From Chrysomallon squamiferum (Eukaryota > Animalia > Mollusca): a stretch of DNA of 64,000 bases. The translations under genes and the position numbers were made by a program. Below the pieces are notes generated by a model, which saw only the letters and a list, made by a program, of their open reading frames with translations, did no database searches and was not told the DNA's origin. The DNA is taken from the NCBI GenBank assembly GCA_012295275.1, contig CM022677.1, forward strand, positions 10,664,001 to 10,728,000, written 5' to 3'. Positions 1 through 27,392 of this stretch are shown in pieces. Every line of letters begins with the position of its first letter. The first letter of the stretch is position 1.

Positions 1-1200
1 TATTATTATTATTATTTTTTTTACATTTCCCGAATATTTATTTCATTAGTACTCTTAAATGTCAAATTAAATATACTGTTATAAGGATATCGAGAAAAAA
101 AAAAGACTGCCTATCATGCCATTGTTTTGCACTTTTAGGGTCAGCAGTTTACGTGTCCTGTCCCTAAACAAAATAGATATAATACGAAGAGGTGTCTGTT
201 ATATTTACAAATTACCCCCTGCGGCGTTTCGAAGGGACGCAATCCGATTCCTCTAACATTTGCCGCTTCTCACGATGCCTGTGTTATCAAGGCTATTGTA
301 GCAGGCGCTGTGCAGCTAAATTACTGAATTTCAGTGATCGCTACAAATTTGTTTATTATAATAAATATATTAGCCTAGATACATAAATAACTTTTTAAAA
401 TGTTATCTTCATCCTTTGAAAGCAGATATGTGCTTGATCCGCACAATATAAAAATAATTATTATCAACAGCACATTGCCAACTCACTGTCACATGCTTAT
501 AAATAAATATTCATATCACTCTACATGACGAGCTTTTGCTTCCACAGCAATAAAAAATTATCACAAACACATGCGTGCACACACACACACACACACACAT
601 ATATACACATATATATATATATATATATATATGATATACAAAAATTGAAATAAGTAGATTAATTAATTAATAAAGATCATACATTTCTCATCCAAAACCG
701 ACTGCAAATTGTCCGGTGTCTGTAAAATTTCGACTGTTTTGGCTGTAAACAAACTCATTATGTCATTGCATTAGGTCAAGTGATCTTAACTGGTGTTTAA
801 TTTATGTTTCTTATTCTAATTCAAGAATTTCAGGAATGTATTAATGCCATGAAATAAGTCATTCTTGTTACTTACTTGTTTACTTAATATGATTACTTGG
901 AGGGGGCTTCCTGGTTTATTGACAACTGGGTTAAAATAACAAACAACAAAAAAATAAAAAATATAATAAAAATAAAACTAATAATAATAATAATAAATAA
1001 AAATAACAAAATTCAATATAACATAAAATCTGTAAAACTAATCTTACATCTGTGTTTATAAATTTGTATTACATTATTATTATTACTACTACTACTACTA
1101 CTATTGCTGTTATTATTATTATTATAACTATTATTATTACTATTGCTGTTATTATTAGCAACTTTATATTTAATTCTTCTATACCTCATTAACTTTCCAG

Positions 1201-4200
1201 ATTATTCTGAATCTGAATATGAAAGCAACTGTGTTAAAACAACATCAACACTGGAGACAACCAGCACATCAGCAACACTGGAAAACCTACATTCTGTTAC
1301 AGCATCAACATCACCCCCTGTTACGGGAAAAACTGAGCCTACAACTACTACTACTACAGTGACTGAGGATCAGACTCCAAAAGCTACCACAATATCAGCG
1401 TCTACTAAAGGAAAAACTGAACCTACGGATAAATCAACATCAGCTACACCTACTAGAACTACTGTTACTACAATAACTGAGACTCAGTCTCAAAAATCTA
1501 ACACAACTACTACAGCTGAGACTACAATGTCTACAGAAACAGTAGAAACAACTGTAACTGAATCTGGTCAGTAGAAGTTGTAGTTGCAGAAATAGTAAAT
1601 GTTGTGTTTGTAGTAGGAATATAATTAGTGGTAGTTAAGGTAAATGTTGTTGTTGTAGTAGCAGGAATAGATATAGAGGTAGTTAATGTAAATATTGTGG
1701 TAGGAACAGAGTTAGTGGTAGTTATTGTAAATGCTGTACTTTTAGTAGGAATAGCGTTAATTGTAAATGTTGTAGTAGGAATAGAGATAGTGGTAGTAAT
1801 TGTAAATGTTGTAGTTGTAGTAGGAGTAGAGTTAATTGTAAATGTTGTAGTTGTAGTAGGAATAGATTTCATTTATTATTATTATATTTATTTTTGTTTT
1901 GTTTCAAAATCTTGTGTATATAAACTATATAACTTTATACTGGATTTCAGCTCTGTGTCAGAAAGGTGATAGTGTTGTCTGCATCGTGGCAGACATCATT
2001 CCTGCATACAAAGTGTTTGTCAATGACAACAACTGTCCACACATCAGTGGAGGATGTCCAGGTTAGTGAAAGAGAAAAAGAAAAAAACAAAAATTTGTGT
2101 GAGTTTTAGTCAAGTAATTTTAGTAAACAAATGTTTGTGTTTTTTTTTTTGTATTTGAGGAATTTTAGCAAACAAAACTTTTATTCTCCCGAATATTACC
2201 CTCCTATTTCCATGGCTTACTCCCATCTGGTAGAATTCCCATTTTGTCGAAAGGCTAAATATGATTCAGTGGTCTTATTTACATGCTTGTTTATACCTCA
2301 GTCATTATAATGAACTGTTTCATATTATTTGGAAACCGATTATTATTATATAGATACAGTAATACCTCACTTAACAATTGTTTTTTTTTCTCACAAATTA
2401 TATGAATAGAAATTTAATAGTTAATTGCTCAAAATAAATGAAACAAATGAGTACAATGCATGTTTTTAAGTCCGTTTTTGTTCATTTTACGTTCAATCAC
2501 GAGCTTCCCTCAACTGTTTTGATCAGTTGACATCCAGATGTCATACGTACATGTTCAGATTGTCTTGTCTCTTTTGTTTCTATTTAGACATAACCCTTTT
2601 GTAATTTACCCTTTCAGTGTGTCAAAATGAATAAAAGTACACCGGCAAATGCTGATGATAATGGAAGATAACTTTAGAAACAAAATACGATATCTTAAAT
2701 GAACACAAAACCCACCAAAATGAACCCACAATTGGTGGCATATAATTATTTCTTAATGTATTTGTAAATGATTTACTGTTTGTTTAATATCTATGATCTA
2801 TTAAAACATTTATGTCTAAATTTCTGTTTTATTTCTCCTTATTTAACATTTTTTTTTATGTCAGATTTCAATCATGAAGAATGTAACCACTGGTTTAATC
2901 TTAATTCTATGTAAATTAGTCTCCTGCTTAACTATATCTCACTTAAGTAATTATTGTAGTATGGATATTGCTTATCGCATAAAGTATGCAAATATGAAAA
3001 AATCCAAATAGTCCATGTACTGAATGCAGTTGAATGTAAATAATTAAAAAAAGAAGGTATTCATCTAAAAATTATAATATTAAAAACACATGATTCTTCT
3101 GTTTCAGTAAGTTCAGTAACAGGTACAATGTTATAATATTATTGAACAAATCTAGAATTTTCTCTTTGATGCATGTTTAATGAAATGTGTTTTTAATCAA
3201 CCATGATCAAATAATTTAGGATTTTTTTTTCCTTCTTATTTTTTTGTTTTTTTGTTTTTGTTGTTCTTTAATGGAAATGAAATGTTGGAATTAGAAATTA
3301 CCAGATTAAATAATAATAATAATAATAATAATGTTGATGATGATGATGATAATGATGATAATTATGATGATAATAATAATACTAATAAGAAGATTGATCT
3401 CATGACCTGGCTGTGATTGGAAAAGTAAATAATCTACAACAAATAAGATTGTTCTGCTTTTGGTTGATGTTACATAATCGATTTACAAAAAATGTACTCT
3501 GCCCTGAATGTTAGAATCAAGATCTAACTTTATGGCAGGTGAAGAAGAATAAAGAAACCAGATTTATATATAGTGGTAAATAAACCATTGTCTGTCTATA
3601 ATTAAAACTTGTAGAGGCCAAGTTCATTACATACAGAGGTAATCAGATATTTGGCTAGACGAGTTATTTCGAATAACTGGGAATTCGACCAGATGGGAAG
3701 ATACCATCTCCATAAACATTTCCCAATGAGACAAATGTTTAAATGTGTCTCTTTTACATAATTCTTTAGATTTTAGAAAATGTTTCGAAACTCTCGCTTG
3801 AGTAGTTTCATGTTATACAGTCTTCTGTTGAATCTGTTGCTGTGAACCTTCTATTAGTATTATAACGATGATGATGAAGATGATGATCATTAATATTATT
3901 ATTATTATTAAGGTCAAGAAAAGACAAGATAATAATAGATAAAATAATATGCCACAAATATATATATATTGTCAGGAAAGGACAGTGAATGTGGCGAACT
4001 TATAACAAAACTTACATGTAAACTTTTAACAAACAAATGTTTGTGGTGGGTTTTATTTTGTAGTTAAGTAATTTTAACAAACAAATGTTTTATTCATTAG
4101 ATGGTAGCCTCCTATTTCTATAACCTTTTCATAGTGAGAAAAAAGTTTAAATATATCTCTTTTATATAATTCTTTAGAAGTTCTGACTCAACTACTTCCT

Positions 4201-5089
4201 TGTTATACAGTCTTCTTTTGAATCTGTTGTTGTCAACCTTCTATTTGAATTTGTTATGATGATGATCAAGAAAAGATAAAATAATATATTTCTTTATACA
4301 TATATGTCAGGAAAGTACAGTGAATGTGGCCAACTGATAACAAAACTCATCTAAACTTGTGAGCAAACTACACATGAGACTAGTGATGTACACTTGTACA
4401 TTGTCCTAATGGACAACATATTTGTGATTTACTCTCATCTGGGTCATCTTGTGTTCACTTTGTGCTGCTTTAGACAGTTGAATCAGATCACAGTCTGGTG
4501 GTCAATGATCTACAGAGTTTCTCCGAGGCCAACACACAGTCGCTATACACAGAGTTAACATTTAAACCTATTCCTACTACAACTACATCTACTATTACAA
4601 TTACTATTACTAACTGTATTCCTACTACAACTACATCTACTATTACAATTACTATTACTAACTGTATTCCTACTACATCTACTATTACAATTACTATCAC
4701 TAACTGCATTCGTACTACAACTACATCTACTATTACAATCACTACCACTATCACATGATAATATCAGTATTTTTCATCTTACAGCTATATTTGGATTCAT
4801 AAAATCAAATAAATGTCTTTAGTTTTAATATGGTTAATATGATTATTGGTTTAGTATTAATGTGATAAGTGATTACTAATTTTTAATTTTAACAAGTGAT
4901 GTTTGTTCTATCTTGATTCTGTTGTTTTGTTTGTTTCAGTGACTTGTTCATCTAGACAGCCGAGAATTTGTCACATTTATTATGAAGTGAACTGTAAATT
5001 TACTTCTTTCAAGAAAGCTTGTCCAGTTAAATGTGGCAGTTGTGGTAACTGAGTTCAGAACTTTTTAAAGAAAGAATGTGATATCTGTA

Positions 5090-5120
<31 letters not shown>

Positions 5121-5506
5121 GGGGAATGAAAGAAGAAGAGTTTCTGTATGTGTGTGTATTGGTAGGTGGGTGAGTGCGTGGATGTCTGTCTGTGTGTCCA
5201 GTCAAATGTCCAATTTTAAATTGTACTGTCTGTAATTAATAACTTTTACATTAATAGTAATAGTAATGTTATACATATAATTTAGTTTTAATTCATAGTG
5301 TCATCAAAAATATTCAGTACTATTAATATAATTAAAATATAAAATGGGTACAAATACATATATGGAATTTTTTTTCCCTACTACATAATGTTTAAAACAT
5401 ATTCAATATATTTAAATCAATGTCATATATTGCATATATTTTAAACATTGATTTAAATATATTGAATATTCAGGATAATTTTCTTTGTTTTGCAGAATGG
5501 AACTGA
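1201..5506 (+). CDS. Gene S1, 3' part (5' exons lie upstream of the window): secreted-type mucin with C-terminal ShK-like and ShKT domains, paralogous to gene M
   Basis: Phase-1 GT-AG exons: 1201-1566 (DYSESEYESNCVKTTSTLE...TTVTES, homologous to the start of the M mucin exon VYSQEEYDSNCITT), 1951-2061 (ALCQKGDSVVCIVADIIPAYKVFVNDNNCPHISGGCP), 4940-5044 (VTCSSRQPRICHIYYEVNCKFTSFKKACPVKCGSC) and terminal 5496-5506 (EWN*). A possible exon from 4478 (VESDHSLVVNDLQSF...) lacks an obvious phase-1 donor. No TM segment seen. Confidence 0.7.
1575..1870 (+). repeat. ~45-bp intronic minisatellite (TGTAAATGTTGTAGTTGTAGTAGGAATAGAGTTAGTGGTAGTTAT-like), about 6-7 degenerate units
   Basis: Visible periodicity starting right after the 1566 donor; source of the V-rich and T-rich spurious ORFs. 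Confidence 0.85.
2355..2960 (+). mobile_element. Degenerate Tigger/pogo-like (Tc1/mariner superfamily) DNA transposon remnant
   Basis: Begins TA|CAGTAATACCTCACTTAAC (Tigger-like terminus after TA). Internal ~2666-2706 translates KITLETKYDILNEH, like the N-terminal HTH of CENP-B/Tigger transposases. Lies in a ~2 kb stretch absent from the duplicate intron near 29250. Right end approximate. Confidence 0.5.
4570..4755 (-). repeat. ~48-bp minisatellite (~4 units), inverted relative of the 1575-1870 array
   Basis: Unit ATTCCTACTACAACTACATCTACTATTACAATTACTATTACTAACTGT; its reverse complement aligns to the 45-bp unit at 1575-1870. Confidence 0.8.
4940..5044 (+). CDS. Exon encoding a ShK toxin-like (ShKT) domain
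   Basis: tttcag|TG...TGTG|gtaact; C-x7-C-x7-C-x8-C-x3-C-x2-C ending CPVKCGSC, the typical ShKT cysteine spacing. Not in the ORF track because it is short. Confidence 0.8.
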
Positions 5507-5594
5507 TTCAGGATTTCATGGGTGCCAAATACAGAAAACTTAAATAAAAATAAGTAGAAATTATATAAAACGTGTTTTTTTTTATTTCTTTGTT

Positions 5595-5628
<34 letters not shown>

Positions 5629-5976
5629 GACACTCACTCACACTCTTTCACTGGTGATATATATCATAATGTGTTTTATTTCTGTATTGATAACCAATGC
5701 AGCCAGCTGATTGAGATTAACAAAAACAACAAAAGCTTGTTTACACACCTTCCTATAATAACCATTACAAAAACATTCCTGTTTTTTAAATCAATAATAA
5801 TCTGTAAGTGAGATATGACATTCATTTCAGCACTGCAGGGTAATTTTTAAATGAAAAGGTTTTAATTCTGCAAATAATTTTGTAAGTTTAATGTAAAATA
5901 TTGACACACAGAGAAATGGAGACATGTTGAGTTGATTATCTTCATATAGAATTAAAATAAAATAATGATGGTAATT

Positions 5977-6031
<55 letters not shown>

Positions 6032-7137
6032 TTAGTGAAAAACAAAACTAAAAGAATAAACTAGAGGTAAGAACTACTGAAAGATAAAATGAATGAGATA
6101 TCAGTTTACTTTAACCCTCCAATGTGATGCTCCCAACTACTCATGCACTGATGATATTTATATAAGTTTCTCAAATTAAGATTTGACATATACACACACA
6201 CACACACACATTTATTTATATATACAAGTAGAAGCAGATGCAGTCTTGGTAATAAAAGGAGTAATAACTAGATACTGTTATTGTACTAACAGTAATAGTA
6301 ATAATAGTAGCTGCAGTAGATATAGTAGTAATAGTAAGTATAAGCTGCAGCCGTAGTAGTAACAGCAGAACCAGTGGCAGTATTAGTACTAGTAGTAGCA
6401 TTAGTAGTGTAGAAGAGCAATAGCAGAAGTAGTTCTAAAGCAGTAGTTCAGTACTAAAAATGCAGATGTAGTAGTAGTAGTGGTAGTAGTAGTAGTAATA
6501 GTATCAGTAGTATCAGAAGCAGTATTAAAATAACACACTGCACTGCTGACCAGTACTGCTGCAGGTCTTCTAAAACACAATAACTGGAATAAAAAAGAGA
6601 TTAATTTATTTAAATATAAATATGGGTAAGAAACTGAAGATCTAAAAAAGATTAAAAACATTAGAATAAAAATTATTCTAATTAGACTTCATTGTACATC
6701 CAGGTCTTTGTTCAGTTTATTGATATATGACAAAATATTTTTAATTTTTAATTTTACTTTAATTTTAATCTAAGAAAGTAATTTTTAGTTAATAATACCT
6801 TTTCAAAAGATAATTTGTTTTACACAAACACACACACGCACAAACTAGTATTAAATAAAATATTTAAAATGCAGGTGTTAGTCAGGTAATGTGTCTTTGT
6901 TGAACATTGAGGGACACACCCAGTTAGTACGTAGACTGGAGAGGTAGTGAAGTGTGACTATTTAATTTTTTCATTTTCTTTCATGCTGTGATTCAGTATA
7001 TATATATATATATATATGTAAAAATTACACACACATGCAGACTAAACTATATATACATACAATATATATATATATATATATTTATTCACACACATACATA
7101 TACAGTACACAAACCTACATACACACACATTCCCAAT

Positions 7138-7173
<36 letters not shown>

Positions 7174-7186
7174 TTGTGTAATTGTG

Positions 7187-7221
<35 letters not shown>

Positions 7222-8599
7222 GTTCGTATGTGCGTGTATTTTTGTCTGTGTTTGTATATTTGTGTACTGAATGTATGTGTGCTGAATATATATATGTACA
7301 GACAAACATACATACATACGGTATATACAGACAGATACACAAACTCACACAAACATACATATACACACAGACACATATACATATAACAACAATAATAAAA
7401 TTAAATAACAAAATGAAACCATATAAATAAAAATAAAATAAATAAATAAATAAACACTAATGTAAATAAAATAAAATAAAATAAATAATTGTAATAAAAA
7501 AAAATTTTAATAATAAAGAAATAAAATAAACAAAATAAACATTACATCTTTTCATTATAATTCTGTGATTACGTTTCTCAGTTAAGAACAAGTTTCATTC
7601 AAAGAAAGAATGAAAAAAAAAAAAAAAAAAGAAGAAAGGAAAACACAGATACGGCAACAAGCTAGCTGACTCTTATTGTTCATGATTACGTTCGCAAGAA
7701 AAACAATCACAGACTTAAACAAAGACACATTCACTAATCTCTGAATAGCTTATGTGCACTATTTCTGCTGCTTATTATATTATACATTATATTATATACT
7801 TATATTACTTTTTTTATACTTTCACTACTAATATTATAACTAATGATGAACCGTTTGTTTCAAAGCCTTGTCAGTTTTCCAGACCAAAAAAGAATACCTC
7901 CAAGAACTATTCATTCATTCATTCATTTATTTATTTTTAATATATCTTCTTTTTTTTTTCACTATTTATTTAACATATTTTTTCTTTTATTCAGACAAGT
8001 CCATTCTTCAGATTTTGAGGTGTGGTTATTGATACTTTTTTGTTGAATTCCATTCAAATGAGAAACTAGATTATATACGTGTTTTTTTAAACATCTTACA
8101 TGAACGTGTTCGTCATACTGTCAACGCTGTTTGAACAATTACAGGTGCAGCCTTCACTGCTTCATGTTTTTTTTAATTTTATCAGCTACATTTCATAATT
8201 CTTTACATTATACACAAAGCCATTTTAGTCTTAAGGCTGAAATGCGTATGTTCTATACATAAATAAATAAATAAATTAAACTGAAGTATATATTAAATGT
8301 TTTTGCTATAATTATGGAGTTACGTTTTTAAGAATGATCAGAGTAATGTTTATTAAAAAATAAAAAAAAATTAATAAAATAAATAGAAAATACAAAAAGA
8401 GGACTAACGTAGATACAGCCGACAAAATGTATCATTTCATTGTTAATGACTGCGATTGTATGAAAAATATTCATTGACTTACATATACACTTTTTCTCTC
8501 TCTTTCTTTCTCTGTCATACATATACACTCACACATACACACGCACATGCACACTCACACGCAAACGCACAACATACACCCACAAACTAAAAATGTATT

Positions 8600-8955
8600 A
8601 AAAGCAAAATGCAAATAACGCAAAGGCAACAATTTCAGTTCCTTATATACCCATCTATTCTTAGTCGACGTGCTGTCTACAGGCTTGTCTCAGCAGACGA
8701 CAATGCAGTCTATTACTTGTGTATGTTTATCAAAAATATGATACGTGACCAGCAGACGTATTGTTGTATCATGTGCGCATGCCGTCACACAATAGATGTA
8801 CCCGGTACGCTTTTCATTATGTATACATCCTGGATGCCAGATACAGGGTGTGGTGCTCATAAAAAACACACGCAGAGAAACGCCTTACAGACGACATCAA
8901 CAAAAAGCGACATCAATTTCATCTTCTTTCATTTTATTAGAAAGAATTTGAAGAG
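8600..8955 (+). other. Probable 5' non-coding exon / promoter-proximal region of gene M1 (start approximate)
   Basis: GC-richer block ending GAAGAG|gtaagt, conserved in the duplicate (ends 33894) although the reading frame is not. Next acceptor is cagcag directly before ATG 9357. Confidence 0.55.
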
Positions 8956-9356
8956 GTAAGTGATAAAATTATATCTGAAAAGTATATCTGATTATTAAAT
9001 GTCTATCTATCTATCTATATATATAAGTACATACGTACATACACACATACATACATACATACATATTAATTAAAACATATTTGCTTATTCCGTGTTTTAT
9101 TTTTATTTTTTATTTATTAAATTTCTTATTTAGTTAGTTATCACAATAATATTTTTTTCCTCGTTATTTATTAATTCAGTAATTACTTTATCAGTAATAT
9201 AAACAATTCAATTAATTAAAACTGGAGTTTATAACTTACTATTTATCACCGATTTCTTGCTTATTTCCTTATTTCTTGTTCCAGTTATACTAACGACATT
9301 TTCTAGACTTTTCAAACAAAAATACATTTTTATTTAATTTGCTATATTTTCAGCAG

Positions 9357-22873
<13,517 letters not shown>

Positions 22874-24424
22874 GTTCAACTCAAGCAGCTGAAGGAATTT
22901 TTATTTTAATGAAGAAGAAAAATAAATAACAAAAAGATCAAGAAAAATAATCAAAATTATTTGTAGGAATAATACTGTCAATATAGTATAATAAATATTT
23001 CATATATATTAAATTGTTGTTGGGTTGTTTTTTAACCTTAAAATAGAACTGCATGGTAAATACCTAATTTTAGTTATCATGGAGATGGAAACTAAATAAC
23101 AAGAGATTTGGAGTAATATCAAATATTATAAAATTGTAGTTAGTTTTTTCTTTGAGATAATCAGTTTGCATGATTATGTAACTTCATAATTTTATAAACA
23201 ATCAATGCAAACAGAAAATAAAAAAACTTACATGTCTGTAACTTGAAACCTAAGGTCTGTTCATGTAAATATTTTCATAATATATAAATCTTACCTACTG
23301 AAACAACTGACAATTTACCATATATCTTTCCGCACAAAAAATCTGAATATAAAATTGTCAGAGCCACTGATAAATTAAGTGAACTGTAAACAGATGTGAA
23401 CTAGGGTTTTAAAATTTTTTAAAATAAAATAATAGAATTCCTTGGACAATCTGGTCTTGCTAGCATAGCAATGGGATGAATGGGAAATAAGGGGCTGATG
23501 ACTGGAATTCAATTAGATAACAGGTTACGCATATATAAAAAAACAACATTTAACGTCTTAAAGAAAACAACACAAACCAACCCTCTCCCCAAAAACCAAC
23601 AAAATAAGTAAATAAATAAATAAATATAATAAAATAAAAATAAATAAATAAAGGAACAAAATCTGTAGTCATTGTTTTATTTGTTAACAAATTTACAATA
23701 ATTATAAATATGAATATATATAAAAACAAAATTATTTTCTAATAATTTTGTCTAATACTACATGCACATCTAGTAAAAGTAAAAACTGAGTTTTATACCA
23801 ATTTTTAAAGATATATTCTAAATCACACATTTGTTTCTAAAATCCTCAAATCTTGTAAATTAAGAGATTTATGAAAAATTCTATATTAAAAATATATAAA
23901 TAACAAACTGTTCACTATCCATCATGATAGTAACTTAATTGTTAAATTTAATTAATCAAAAAGAAATAAAAAAAATCAATTTCTCTTCTTGCAGTTATTC
24001 AAAATTTTCAAACAATCACATAATAGAACAAAAAATTTTAATTCTTATTTTTTTTTAAACCACAAATTTCAACTAATTATATACCTATAGGTAGATAACC
24101 TAAGAAAAAATAGTAGTAGTAGATCAGTGAGGAAAAAAATATTATTTAAATTATGAAAACGTCTATTTTTTTATTTTTTTTTAAAAGAAAGGAAAGAATA
24201 TAACAATTTTAAAATCTAATTACAAACAATTTATATCTGATTATCTTTCTAAACAAGTCACAGAATTATACGGGTTTTAATTTTAAAAACAAATCATGAT
24301 GATCATTAATTACACAAATTTTAATGAACATGAAACCTATATACACTGTTTAGTATATTTTCTACATCACAAATATAAAAAATTAACCACTTCTTGAAAA
24401 AAATATTGGAAATTCCAAATAACC

Positions 24425-24795
<371 letters not shown>

Positions 24796-25030
24796 ATATA
24801 GATTTTAAGATTTTTTTTCAGGTTATTAAAATGGTTCTACCAAATTTTGTCATGTTTTGCTTTTTGCTATCAACAATTTATGAATACGTAAGTGTTTTAT
24901 TTATTTTCTTTATATATTTCTGTCTTATTAACGTGCCCCATCAACTCTAAATGTTTGAACGTGGGATGTCTGGGCGAGCGATGTGTCTGTGAGAACGGAA
25001 CCGTGGCAGATTCTGATCAAAGACAGTGTC

Positions 25031-25081
<51 letters not shown>

Positions 25082-25536
25082 CATTATTATTATTACTGAT
25101 TTATTCAATTGTTTCCCCTTATAGCAGGATTAACGAAACAATGTAACAGTTAACTTTTGATGTTTCGTGTACTTTGTAAATAAGAATTCTCTTTTTCTTC
25201 TTTCTCGTTATAGTGATAGTATATATTATATTGTGTATTATTATAATGCAATAGTAGATCTGAGTAAATTATATATCTATTATTGTAAACCTGGGAGAGT
25301 CGTGTACTCAGTCTGGACAGACTTGTACTAAAAGAGCGGTGTGTGAAAATGGCGTCTGTCAGTGTGAAACTGGTTTTGTCAAATCTGATGACGGAAAACG
25401 ATGCAGAATACAATCCTATAACGCAAGTATACCTATATATAAATATATTCGCATGTGTGTGTGTATGTGTGTGTATATATATATATTCTGTTTTATAGTT
25501 TGATATGTTTGTGTGTGTTTAAGAGAGAGAGGGAGG

Positions 25537-25623
<87 letters not shown>

Positions 25624-26377
25624 TGTGTATGTATTACATACGTGTATATACTGCACTATATTTATTTTTAACACAGACGAAAAAGGAGCTTTACTGGGAG
25701 AAACCTGTAGCGGTGATAACTGATTACGTGAAGACAGCAGGAAACAGTTCTGCAACGTCACGAAATGCACGTGCAAGCCCAAATTCAGACCAGCCAATGA
25801 AACGGAGTTTTTCATTTTACCAAAATGCACAGAATGTGTTCCTGAAAATTTCACAAGAGGTGAAATAAACTAAACTAAATTGCTAAGTAATATAATGTAA
25901 TGTAGAGTAAAAATTATCATTCAAAGTGGAATGTAAAAATAGTCATAATACAGTAGAACAAGTCACAGAAGAACATAAGAAGAACAAAATTTGACGCGAC
26001 ATCACATGATAGATTACAATGTACAGTGTTTTATAGTCTAAAATTATTCAATAAAATGCAATATAGCATAATATAATGTAATATAATATAATATAATATA
26101 ATATAATGCCATACATTATCATATTGTGTAACGTAAGATAACAGAAGACAAACACAATATAATAGCAACAGAAAACAACACACCTAAAAATAAACAAAAC
26201 AAAACAAAAAACAAACAAACAAAAAACAAAACAAAAAAACACACAATACAAAACTGTTCAGAGTGTGTGTTCTTGTGTTCTAGAATAATTTTTGTTGCTC
26301 ATAACGATAATCTCTCATGTTTATTTTAGTATTTCAGGAGGATCTTTGCAAGCAGAATGCTTAGGTAAATACATTTT

Positions 26378-26437
<60 letters not shown>

Positions 26438-27350
26438 AATTTTCATAATACTCATGATTGTAATAATGATGATGATAATGAAATTGTTAGAAGTAAAAAC
26501 AGACATAGCATTTGTAGTGATGCAAAACAGTGCAGCAGTAGTTGTAGTAACAACTGTAATAGTAGTGGTTGTTGTTATAGTAACTGCAACATCAGTAGTA
26601 TAGTAGTGGTAATACTAGTAAGATCAGAAGTAGTAGTAGTAGTAGCAGTAGTAGCAGTAGTAGCAGTAGTAGTAGTAGTAGTCGTAGTAGTAGTAGTAAT
26701 AGCAGCAGCACTTCTTTTTTGAGTAAGTCTCTTCCAGCTAATATCGAATAAAGAAATGTAATCTCTGTTTCTTTTCTTTCATTGCATGTTTACTTATTTC
26801 ACATTTCCATTTTTTTTTTCTCTTCCCAGATCATATAAATGTTTTAAAATATCAGAAACAAACAACAATTTATTTATATATTCAGGAGATGTGGGACAGA
26901 AGTGCTACAAGTATTTTAACTGTCCTAAAGAAATGCAGATGGAAAAACGGAACTCTTACGTCTGATGACTTTCAGAGTTGTCTCCCTGGTAAATAGAATC
27001 TTTAACCTGAGACGTAACAATAAATAAATAAATAAACAAATAAATAAAGTGATAATATTACGTTTTAACTACAGCAAAATATTCATTGTTATGGCCAAGC
27101 GTTCAGCAAAAGGTAAACAATTTACGATCTTTGTACTGCAGAAGTAATTTGTGTTATATATAGATTTAATTATAGTTTTTAGTAATTAAGGAAGAAATAA
27201 ATATACTTTCAGTGTCATAAATAAAGTTAGTAAAATATATGTTGTATAATATTATTTGCAAATTAGTTTTTATTAATTACTAAAATACAGATAACTGTTT
27301 TTCTCCTATGGCAGACAAACTAATGAAATTCAACGATTAATAGTAATGAC

Positions 27351-27392
<42 letters not shown>

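Noticed and set aside
120-430. GC-richer island with a 64-aa ORF; similar island at ~32890-33090
   Set aside because: Possibly transposon debris, but no terminal repeats or recognisable protein motif could be identified.
6988-7430. Cluster of overlapping ORFs rich in YI/HT/CV (similar ones at 34.4-34.9 kb, 57.0-57.4 kb and 61.7-62.2 kb)
   Set aside because: Translations of (TA)n, (CA)n and (GA)n microsatellites.
8609-8959. 116-aa ORF upstream of M1
   Set aside because: Frame is broken by a stop and indels in the duplicate (33.5-33.9 kb); better explained as 5' UTR/promoter sequence.
25721-25723. In-frame TGA in a Cys-rich exon as possible selenocysteine or read-through
   Set aside because: It does not align to a conserved Cys, the adjacent Cys is mutated to Arg, and neighbouring exons carry frameshifts and lost splice sites, so it is ordinary pseudogene decay.
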